In this document: positions 53,437-64,000 of the stretch, piece after piece
How positions within the stretch are numbered: the first letter of the stretch is position 1
Layout: the number at the start of each line of letters is the position of its first letter
Origin: Octopus sinensis
Taxonomy: Eukaryota
Direction of reading: 5' to 3'
NCBI RefSeq assembly: GCF_006345805.1
Contig: NC_043006.1
Location: 19,282,001 to 19,346,000 of the forward strand
DNA length: 64,000 bases
The notes under the pieces: model-generated
What the model was told of the DNA's origin: nothing
Databases searched by the model: none
Seen by the model: the letters and a program-made list of their open reading frames with translations, nothing else
Position numbers and translations under genes: made by a program

Positions 53437-53920
53437 TTGAGTGAGAGAGCAGCACACGCCATTAAAGTGACGCTGGGGTACAATTATACCGAGTCCAATG
53501 CAGCCATCATAACTACCCATCTGATAGGGATACAACAGACACATGCACCACAACCATATACGTGTGACATGGTGACCTTATATCAAGATAAATAGCGCAA
53601 GACCTTGTTAGTGAGATTCAGTTACAATTCATCGGGTTCAGTAGACCACTCCTCTCAAAAAGACCCTGAATAAGAGTTGTTTAAGGATGATGAACAAAAC
53701 ACCTATGTTGCTAGGTGTGAATCATCAAGCCCCAAAGAATCCTTCTGAACATATGGACAGGATGGTTCCCCTTTGCTCCTGCTCATCACCAGAGATGCAC
53801 ATGTCGTCAGCCACTAAAGGAGATGCTCAACAATTTATGGTAAAGCAATTGACAAGCAAGGCTCTGGTATTGAACAGAACATTTGATGTAGTCCGTTGTT
53901 TACACAAAAACAAAACCTGT
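53437..53920 (-). mobile_element. Family 4 repeat, diverged
   Basis: ttgagtgagagagcagc...gcc.ttaaagtgac.ctgggg...atatcaagataaa...cgtcagccactaa.gg. Confidence 0.75.
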
Positions 53921-53967
53921 ACATGTGCCGATAGTAGAAAGGATTAATTATTATTATTATTATTATT

Positions 53968-54387
53968 CAGTAGTTTTATTTTTATAGCGTGCTTTCACTT
54001 CACTACCGAGCGCAGCTCTGTGTGCCTTGGGTATGTGCTGTGATTTGTTGTGATGCTCTGATGGTTATTGTATGGAAAGTGTTCTGCGTAGGATGTGTGC
54101 AGTGCCTAGTAGTGCAATTTTCTGCATGTTATATGTGTTTGTAAGTCCTGGTGTTTTTGTTATGTATTTGTCTGAATATTTTTTTATCATGCCTAATACA
54201 CCTACTATGATAGGAATTGTTTCTGTTTTTAGATTCCACATTCTGGTTACCTCTATTTCCAGGTCTTTGTATTTTGAAAGTTTTTCCCTTTCTTTTAGAG
54301 ACACGTTGTCATCTGCCGGTATGATACATTAATTAGAAAGCATTTTTTTCTTCATGATCTCTGACAACTATATCTGGTCTGTTGGCC
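53968..54387 (-). mobile_element. R4/Dong-clade 3' end (RLE endonuclease and 3' UTR) inserted in (TTA)n
   Basis: ANRPDIVVRD...EKLSKYKDLEIEVTRMWNLKTETIPIIVGVLG...QKIALLGTAHILRRTLSIQ, with (ATT)n on both sides. Confidence 0.92.
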
Positions 54388-54418
<31 letters not shown>

Positions 54419-54802
54419 AGCAGCGAGCTGGTAGAATCGGCAGCACGCCGGACAAAATGCTTAGAGGCATTTCGTCGGTCTTTATGTTCTCAGTAGACAA
54501 GCTACCAGGTTCGACTTTGCGTTTCATCCTTTCCGGGTTGATAAAATAAGTATCAGTTGACCATTGGGCGGGAGTTCAATGTAATCGACAATCCCGCTTC
54601 CTAAATTTTAAGGATTATCATCATCTTATGTGTTTCAATCTTGTTATCGTTAATGGTCTTAGTAAAGTTCTCTGAGTTGTCTTAATGTTGCCATTTTATT
54701 AGTGATGATGACGACAACGACGATTATGATAATAATAATAATAATGATGATCTATCTTATTATTGGTCTGAGTACAATTTAATGAATTCTTTTAAATATA
54801 TA

Positions 54803-55032
54803 TACTCTTTTAATCTTTTACTTGTTTCAGTCATTTGACTGCGGCCATGCTGCAGCACCGTCTTTAGTCAATCAAATCGACCCCGGGACTTATTCTTTGT
54901 AAGCCCAGTACTTATTCTATCGGTCTCTTTTGCCGAACCGCTAAGTGACGGGGACGTAATTACACCAGCATCGGTTGTCAAGCAATGCTAGGGGGACAAA
55001 CACAGACACACAAACACACACACACACACACA

Positions 55033-55067
<35 letters not shown>

Positions 55068-55250
55068 CTATATATACATATATATACGACAGGCTTCTTT
55101 CAGTTTCCGTCTGCCAAATCCACTCACAAGGCATTGGTCGGCCCGGGGCTATAGCAGAAGGCACTTGCCCAAGATGCCACGCAGTGGGACTGAACTCGCA
55201 ACCATGTGGTTGGTTAGCAAGCTACTTACCACACAGCCACTCCTGCGCCT
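54803..55250 (-). mobile_element. SINE family 1
   Basis: Close match to 52903-53319. Confidence 0.92.
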
Positions 55251-55809
55251 ATGTTACTGTTATCTATTTTATCAGAGCCCACCCCATGAATGTAAAGGCA
55301 TTTCAATACAAAAAGATATAAAGAACGATCATTTTATGACGCTATAGTAATACTGATGATCGGGTGATTAATGATGACAATTGTGGCGGTCGTGGTGGTG
55401 GCAGCGGTCGTGGTGGTGGCAGCGGTGGTGTGGTGGTGGTGGTGGTGATGGTGGTGGTATTGATGGTTATAATGAGGGCGGTGAAGGCGATGATGATGAT
55501 TTTTGAAGGGGGTGATGTTAATTCCTGGTATGTTGATTGATAATAATTATGTAACAAGGGTGGTGGTGGTGATGATGATCCTATCTTTCCTTTATCTTTT
55601 TACGCATATCTGTCATTAGACTGCGGCCATGCTGGGGCACCGCCTTGAAGAATATTTAGTCGAATAGACGGATCCCCCGTACAATTTTTTAAGCCTGGTA
55701 CTTACTGCGTCGGTTCTTTTGTCAAGCTGCTAAGTAACAGAAATGTAAACACACCAACACCGGTAGTCAGGCGGTGCTGAGGGACAGAGGCAAAGACACA
55801 CACATACAT

Positions 55810-56176
55810 ATACATATGTGTGTGTGTATATATATATATATGTATGTATATATATATGTATATATGTATGTATATATATATGTATGTATATATGTATGTA
55901 TATATATATATGTATGTATGTATATATGTATGTATATATATATGTATGTATGTATATATGTATGTATATATGTATGTATATATGTATATATAGTGTATAT
56001 ATATGTGTATTATATGTATATATATGTATATATAGGTATGTATTATAATATGTATATAATGTATGTATATATGTATGTATATATATTATGTATGTATATA
56101 TATATGTATGTATATATGTATTGTATGTATATATGATAGTATGGTATATATATATATATGTATGTATATATGTATG

Positions 56177-56216
<40 letters not shown>

Positions 56217-56443
56217 TGTATGTATATATATATATGTATTATTATATAATGTATGTATACATGTATATATATATGTATTTATATATGTATGTATATATAT
56301 ATTATATATATATGTATATATATATTTTGTATGTATATATATATATATGTATGTATAGATATATATATATGTATGTATATATGTGTATGTATATATATAT
56401 ATGTATGTATATATATATATATGTATGTATATATGTTTGTATG

Positions 56444-56478
<35 letters not shown>

Positions 56479-56507
56479 GTATATGTATATATATATATAT
56501 GTATATG

Positions 56508-56539
<32 letters not shown>

Positions 56540-56580
56540 TGTATGTATATATGTATATATATGTATGTATATATGTATAC
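55810..56580. repeat. (TA)n/(TATG)n array
   Basis: Seen directly. Confidence 0.97.
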
Positions 56581-58033
56581 AACGTACACCTCACCTCGAT
56601 GCTCCTACTGAACATCAGAGGGCTGCAAACACTCAGTAACAGGACAAAAATCCCGTTCCTGAGAGACTTTGTTGCATGCAATCAAGCCTTATGCATAGCA
56701 CTTACGGAAACGTACCTGAAACCAGACATAGCAGATGCGGAGTTACACATACCACAGTATGCTGTACTACGGACCGACAGAAAAGAAAGGAGTCATGGAG
56801 GTGTTGCTATTTACATCCGTGAGGACCTCACACCCCAGGTCCTCTTGTCATACTCAAACTCGGTGTGTGACACACTAATTGTACATATTAGGCAACTTGA
56901 TGTAGTTGTGTGTGCTACATATCGCCCTCCAGATGCCCCAAGCCATGTGGGCAAGTTTGAATACTACCTTATAAAAATAGAAGTTCTAACCACATTAGAA
57001 CAACACATAAGTGTACTTCTTATGGGAGACTTCAATCTGCCCAATGTCAGATGGCCCGAGGGCCTTTCTCTCCCAGGAATGACAAGATGTGAACGAGGAC
57101 AGGCGAGGTCCCTCCTGAACCTCATCAACACCCTGTACATGGAGCAGGTAATACTCCAACCAACCAGGGCAGGTAACACACTGGATCTCTGCTTCACAAA
57201 TGACATGGATCTCATCCATAATGTGAAAGTGACACCGACACTACTCTCGCATCACAACATGATAGAGCTGACCATGTACGGGCCAAAAGAGAGCACGGAC
57301 ATGCAGCCTACGAGAAACCCTCAGAATCTTTCCAGCTTGAACTACCATAAGGCAAACTGGAAACAAACTGAGAAAGAGATCCTCAAACAAAAGTGGCCTA
57401 AATGTCTCTCCTCGCCAGACATCGACGTGAAACTTCAACAATTCATGTCTGTAATGCAAGCCATATGCTACAAATGTGTCCCAGAGAGAAAGGCCACTGT
57501 ACACAAGAACAAAATTCCCAGAGAGAGGAAAATTTTAATGAGACGGCGTACAAAATTTTCAAATCGCCTAAACAAACAGATTGAAAGCAGTGAAAAGTCC
57601 CGCCTGGAGGGTCGTGTCCTAAACTTTGGCATCGAGAGTTACGCAAATGCCAGAACTGGGCGCCACTGCGTGGTGCCTAGGACTCCAAGCTTGCCATCAA
57701 GATATAGGACAAGATTCTGTGATAGCCTGGGCTTCCGAGGCCCACAGCTCTTCAATATCCTCCCGAAGAACCTGAGAGACCTGCATGGGGTGGATGCAGA
57801 TGTCTTTAAAATGAGCTGGATCTCTTCCTGTCAGGTGTCCCAGATGAACCAACTTCACGGCAGGAGGGCAGCAGATGAGGGCAGCTGCATCGAACTCTCT
57901 CATGCACCAAATGGCAGTTGCTAGAAAGCTTTCGTGAAGTGAAACCAATAGCAACACCAAATAGCGGTGCCCCAGCATGGCCACAGCTCATAAGCTGAAA
58001 CTAGAATCAATCAATCAATCAATCAATCAATCA
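56578..58033 (+). mobile_element. CR1-group LINE derivative: APE endonuclease fused in frame to the C-terminal tail, RT deleted
   Basis: From Met 56599: [68 protein letters not shown], then ...KSRLE|[11 protein letters not shown]...[12 protein letters not shown]. No RT motifs are present. The element ends in an (ATCA)n tail at 58006-58033. Confidence 0.92.
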
Positions 58034-58298
58034 TATATGTATATTATATATATGTATGTATATATATACATATGTATATATATATATATGTATATATGTA
58101 TTATATATATATGTTATATATGTATATATAGATATGTATATATATAGGTATATGTATATATAATGTGGTATAGATATATATATGTATGTATATATATATA
58201 TAGTATATATTATATATATGATATTGTGTATATAGTATATGTATATATAATGTATATGTATATATATATGTATATATATATAATATGTATATATATAT

Positions 58299-58343
58299 GC
58301 GAGAAAGAAGCAACAAGATGGATTCTTGTTGCTTCTTTCTCGC
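58299..58343. other. Perfect 20-bp hairpin with 5-nt loop
   Basis: gcgagaaagaagcaacaaga tggat tcttgttgcttctttctcgc. Confidence 0.97.
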
Positions 58344-58459
58344 TTATAATCACCCACATTACTGTATTGTAAATCAGTATAGTTTTTTGGTGCATCTAAG
58401 TTAGGTACCATATTCAAGTAAATTTTTTAAATTAACTTGAATCTTTATTGCTCTTTGTA

Positions 58460-58480
58460 ATATATATATGTATATGTATA

Positions 58481-58521
<41 letters not shown>

Positions 58522-58757
58522 ATATATATATATATGTATTATATATGTATATATATCTATGATATATATATATGTATATATTGTATATATATATATGTAT
58601 ATATATGTATATTATATATGTATATATATGTATATATATATATATGTATATATATGTATATATATATAATGTAAGTATATGTATATATATGTATATATAT
58701 ATGTATATATTATATGTATATATATATATATGTATATATATGTATATATTATATATG

Positions 58758-58788
<31 letters not shown>

Positions 58789-59327
58789 GTATATATATAT
58801 GTCTATATATATTGTATATATATGTATATGTATATATATGTTATGATATCTATGTATAGGTAATATAGTATATAATATATATTATATATAATATTGTATA
58901 TATATATATATGTATAGTATATATATTATATATATATATATGTATAATATATATATGTAATATATATATATATATATGTATATATATATCTCGTCTCGCG
59001 AGATTCCTGGTCACTTTACAGGTGGTGCTATTAAGTTAGACATGGCCTGGGCCAATAATGGCGAACCTATCAAAGTATCAAAGTATATATATATATATGT
59101 ATATATATTATATGTATTATATATATGTATTATATATATGTATATATATATATGTATATATATATATATGTATATATATATGTATATATATATATTAATG
59201 TATATGTATATATATATATATATGTATATGATATGTATAATTGTATATATGTATATGTATATGTATATATATATATATGTATATATAGTATATATGTATA
59301 TATAATATGTATATATATGTATATATG

Positions 59328-59362
<35 letters not shown>

Positions 59363-59425
59363 GTATGTATATATATATGTATGTATAATATATGTATGTA
59401 TATATATATGATATATATATATATG

Positions 59426-59458
<33 letters not shown>

Positions 59459-59477
59459 GTATATATGTATATATGTA
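58460..59477. repeat. (TA)n/(TATG)n arrays interrupted by a short LINE tail
   Basis: Seen directly. Confidence 0.95.
59019..59085 (+). mobile_element. 67-bp LINE 3' end, inverted copy of 59478-59546
   Basis: caggtggtgctattaagttagacatggcctgggccaataatggcgaacctatcaaagtatcaaagta. Confidence 0.9.
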
Positions 59478-62400
59478 TACTTTGATACTTTGATAGGTTT
59501 CGGCCATTATTGGCCCAGGCCATGTCTAACTTAATAGCACCACCTGGTGAAGTCTTTCAAGTCAGAATTTGGGCACTATGGCCCACTCAAGTAGAGAGTT
59601 ATTGTTTACAGAGACATATCCGGTGTTGTAGGGGGTTTATCCGGGATTTCTTGAAGATCTGTCCAAAGACTTCTTGAACCCTATAGGGTCAGTTTCTGTT
59701 TTAATGTGTTTTGGTGTAATGTTAAGAGAGCGGGGTCAATGAGGTGAAATAATTGTGCCGTATTGTTGTTATGAGATGAGAGTGCGATTTTTGTTTGGGC
59801 GGATGGCACGGGGCCCAAGCCTTGGATGTACCTTAAAGGTGATGCCAACATCATTTGGACAATGCTGATGGAATATTTTCCACATCATGCAGATGATGTA
59901 GCGCTCACGACGACGTTGGAGAGAGAATAGAGTTTTAGCTTTTCTAGTCGACCTAATAGTCGAGGCCTGTCATGCCATCTATCTTTTTTGTGATTGCCCT
60001 TTGAGGTGCTTCAACTTTTATGATACCTTGTATTGTGGGGGAGACCACAGTGGACAACAGTATTCAAGGTGGGTCGGGCAAAAGTGGAGAAGAGAAGGAT
60101 AATGGTGTGGATATCTCTCGACTGGAAAGTTCTGAGAATCCAGGAACACATTCTGCGGGCCATGTCAACTTTGGTGTTTATATGAGTGGCCCAGCTTACG
60201 TTGTTGTCCACAATTACTCCCAAGTCTCTGATGTTGTTGGACGCCGCGAGAGTTTCACCTGAAGGAAGGGAGTATGGGAGTTTCAGGGCATCCTCTTTTC
60301 CAAAGTGGATTAGCTCAAATTTATCCTCGTTCAGCAGCATATTGTTTTTTTCTGCCCATTGGATAACAGCCAGTAGATCTGACTGAAGGCATGTCCGGTC
60401 ACTCGCCTCATTTATGACCTTCTGTAGCTTGGAGTCATCTGCAAAGATTTTTATGTTGCTGTGCTTGATGATGTCATTAATGTCATTAATGTAAATGATG
60501 AAAAGAAGTGGGCCCAGCACAGTGCCTTGCGGAACGCCACTACTGACTTTGGCTGGGCTTGATTTTACCCCTTCAACTACAACATGTTGAGATCTGTCTG
60601 TCAGGAAACACTTAATCCATTTCAGTAACTTTCCAGAGACACCAATGTTGGATAGTTTTTTCAATAGGATCTTGTGATCGACCCTGTCGAAGGCCTTACT
60701 GAAATCAAGGTAGATGACATCGGTGTTGGAGCCCTCTCCCAAAGCTCTCAAAATGTCCTCAAAGTGATGCAGGAGCTGCGTTAGGCAGTCCCTTCCTTCA
60801 TTACGGAACCCATGTTGGTTGGAGATCAGCCGTCTGTTGCTTTCCAGAAATTGGGTTATTCGAGATCTCACCACCCTCTCAAATACCTTGATGATATGAG
60901 AGGTGAGTGAGATCGGACGGTAATTCACTGCAAGGGACTTGTTTCCCTTTTTGAAAACTGGGACAACAGACTGGGACAGAAGGTTTTTTGGAATATAGCC
61001 AGCATCCAGTGAGTTTCTCCACAGATTAGCAAGGGAGAGTGCAAGTTGGTATCGACACACCTTCAGGACACAAGCAGGGAACCTATCGGGGCCTACTGCT
61101 GAATTGTGTTTTATTTCGTTTATCGCCGCTAAGACATGAGGGGCACTAACGTTATGTCCGATATAGTGTGTTGGGGGTTGACATCACTGATACAGCCCAG
61201 ATCGGCCATATCAGGATTGCTGAAAACAGAGCAGTATTGTTTCTGCAGTATCTCGGCCATGGATTTGGCATTATCTTGGAGAGTGCCAGTTTCGTCAAGT
61301 AGAGGGCCTACAGTGGAGACAGTGACCCTGCGTTTCCTCGCAAATGAAAAGAACACTTTGGGGTTGAGTTTGATTTTTTCAATGGCCCACTTCTCCTCAG
61401 GTGATCTTTGGTTATTGATGAGGGTCTTTATGCATTGTTGGGGGTTATATTTTTTGGATTCAAGCAGTGCGATAGCCGTCGAATGTGTGTGTTGCTGTTG
61501 GCAGTACTTTAGTTTGTTAATTTTTTTGTTTGTTCTTTTTATTTTTCTGATAATGGTTTTTCTGTTTTGGGGGATTCTGCACTTTTTGTTCACAGGTCTT
61601 GGTGGGGAGTGTTTTGCACATATGTCTGTGACGGTGTCTACAAAGATCTGCCAAGATGTTTTATGGTTGGTGGAGATGTGTGTATGTGTAAAGGACCAGT
61701 CAACATTTGATAGCTCGTTCCTGATTGCATCCCAGTTGGCTTTATGGAGATCCATGTTGTCAAATGGGTGGGCTGGAGGAAGGTCACTAGGATTAGCTTT
61801 CGGCTGGTGGAATTTCATGTTACAGAGAACCATGTCATGGTCTGAAAGAAGGGTTTTTTCCACTGTAACGTTAGTATAGTGTTAGTGTGGTTACTAAACA
61901 CTAGGTGCAAAATGTTCTGATGTCTTGTTGGTGCAAGGACAAGTTGGGACAAGAAAAACTCATTCGTAAAGTCGAAAAGTGACTCTGCTGCTTCTTTGTC
62001 AGCGGTTGAGGCGGGAGTGCTTGGTTTCAAACAGTTTGTGGTCCAGTCATCAATACAGGGTAGATTGAAGTCTCCCATCATGAGTATGTTGCTAGAATGG
62101 CACTGTTGAATAAAGCACTTAATGCTGTTGAGGCATTCTTTAAAGCACAGTATGGGTGTTTGGGGCGGCCTATAGAGCCCAGTTACTGTCAGGTCATTGG
62201 CTTTGTTGTGCACGGTGACTGATTCACAGTAGCCGTTGGAGATGGAGAATATACTATTTCCATCTGCAGTAAATGAATCATGCAGGAAAATGGCAGTTCC
62301 ACCCTTCCTTCTGCCGATACGATCCGCGGCGGATGGTTGTGAAATTCTTCACTCTCACTTCGGCTTCCAAGTGGGAGTTGTCAAGGTGGGTCTCAGTGAG

Positions 62401-63810
62401 AATGAAGAAAGGGATGTGGTGTGAATGGTTACCAACCCAGTCTTCAATGAATTGGACCTTCCATTTTTGTGCATTGATGGAAGGGCTGACACCTTGTGCA
62501 TTGAGTAGGAATGTGGAGTTAGTGTAGTGGCTGGTTTTGACTGTTGCAGGGGGCTTGGATTTTTTGTGTGTGTTAGTGGCAGCAATGTGGGGAATTGGTG
62601 GGCACTGGGGTAATAGCATAGGATGGTGTTGAGTGATGGCTAGAATGTTTTTGTGTATCTCTTTGCCATGTTCAACATGGCTCTAAAAAAGAATTTTCCT
62701 GCTTAGGGAGCAGTTTTTGGCTGGAGGTGTGGTTGCACTGTTGGATAGGGTTGTAGTTTCCACTTTTGTTGTTGTTGTTTTTGTGTCTTCCTGAAAAGAC
62801 TGGACCAGCATTACTGCAGCATGGTGTGTGTGTTTCTATTTTTATTGTTATTCAGGTTTGTGTGTTGGCTTGAGGCCCCGTTTCTGTTTGTGCGTCGGGT
62901 CCCTGGAAGATGAGTGAAGGGACAGTCACTCAGTAGACATGTTCTCTCACGTTGGGAATACCGGCAGATTTTGGGACTCCGAGTTGTGTGTGTTTTGAAT
63001 TTCGATTTACTATTGGTGGTGTTGATGTTATTGTGGGATGCGTGTTTTGGCCTTGGCCGGTAGTGCTAGTGCGTCTAGTGCGGGTAGATGCGTGAAGATG
63101 CAGTCACTATTTGTGCAGAGTCTCTGGCGCAGTGAATAGCGGCATATTTGGGGATTTCTTGTTTATGCCGTGGGGGGCGCATTCTGCTTCCTATGTTCTT
63201 TAAGTTTTTGTTACTGCAGTAGTATTGAGGTGGTGATGTGGGGGAGAGGGCAGTGGTTTCTTATTTGGTTTTCTGTTGGTATTTTTGGTGATAGAAGACG
63301 ATGGCGGCAGCGGTGGTGATGATGATGATGATAATTGCGGTGGTTGCTGTGAGAGCGGTGAAAAGATACTGGCATTTAGTGAATCATCTAGTAAGCTAGA
63401 GTTGAGGAGTGGCTGTTGTTGTTCTTGTTGCTGTGGCTGTTGTTGTTGTTGTTGTGCTTGACCGATGTTAGGGTCAGCCATTGTGCTGGGAACCAGGAGT
63501 GGCTCATTCTTGTTGTTGTTGTGGCTGCTGATTTTCTAGCTGTTGTTGTTCTTGAACTGTGAAAATATGTAGAAGCTTTTCATAATGGCCTTATCAGTTT
63601 GAAAGATACTTCGATATGTTTCAACTTGCTACGAATCTGTTTGACGGATCGTGTGTTGACCACTTGTGATGTTTTTTCGGCAATCTCATTCAAACACAAG
63701 ACATTTAGATTTTCTGTTTGGGAAAGAGAGAACCAAGTGTTTATTAAAACATCAATTCGTTATCAGACCAATTCGTCTGTTGCAGGCCTGCAAGTTAGTC
63801 ATGTTTGTTT
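59478..63810 (-). mobile_element. Near full-length CR1-group LINE (ORF1 region plus APE-RT), frameshifted in this sequence
   Basis: Endonuclease: LNAQG, LTETHL, LYRPP, MGDFNLP, LSDHDMV. Linker: IKLNPKVFFSFA. RT: NYRPISLTSH, YLDFSKAFDRVDH, GVPQGTVLGPLLF, FADDSKL. C-terminus: YSLQRRRERY. The tail is (ATCAAAGT)2, and a candidate ATG lies at 63802. Confidence 0.95.
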
Positions 63811-64000
63811 TTCTTTTGTTTTGTTTCCTTTTGATTTTTGAAAATATATATATTCTTTCTTGGGAGTTAAAGAAGTGTATATATATATAAATGTTCTCTC
63901 TTAAGGATGTGAGTTTTTGATTATTTGGTTGTTGAGGATATTAAAAGAAAAAAACAGGTGTATATAACAATTTGTAGTTAAATGAAAACGTCGTACTACG

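Noticed and set aside
56383-56598. N-terminal 72 aa of the 513-aa ORF
   Set aside because: Microsatellite read-through; the LINE coding sequence starts at about 56578-56599.
61136-61879. 247-aa plus-strand ORF
   Set aside because: Antisense shadow of the LINE ORF2.

Overview
Eukaryotic, AT-rich, repeat-dense genomic DNA. I infer a cephalopod (octopus-like) genome from the tRNA-derived SINE families and the microsatellite load, but cannot confirm the species. The only host gene I can support is a class A (rhodopsin-like) peptide GPCR on the + strand, seen as two phase-compatible exons: 12578-12701 (end of TM3 to TM4) and 21922-22142 (ECL2, TM5, start of ICL3). The rest of the window appears to be intronic. 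It holds hAT and mariner relics, a TTAA MITE, Penelope-like (GIY-YIG) fragments, RTE, R4/Dong-like and CR1-group LINEs, several SINE families and long TA/TATG/ATT arrays. Highlights: (1) four minimal type I hammerhead ribozyme motifs beside the Penelope fragments, all non-canonical but covarying at the core 3-8 pair (three U3-A8, one G3-C8) and all carrying a palindromic ACCGGT stem III; (2) a near full-length CR1-group LINE whose ORF1 region appears to combine a Myb/SANT-like domain, polyQ and two CCCH zinc fingers, broken largely by 1-bp homopolymer deletions; (3) an in-frame RT-deleted, endonuclease-only LINE; (4) an empty versus filled pair of (TAA)n sites for a Dong-like element; (5) SINE multimers sharing one junction. 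A 4.65 kb tandem duplication and frequent 1-bp deletions suggest an under-polished long-read assembly. All alignments and translations were done by eye, and boundaries of degenerate elements are approximate.
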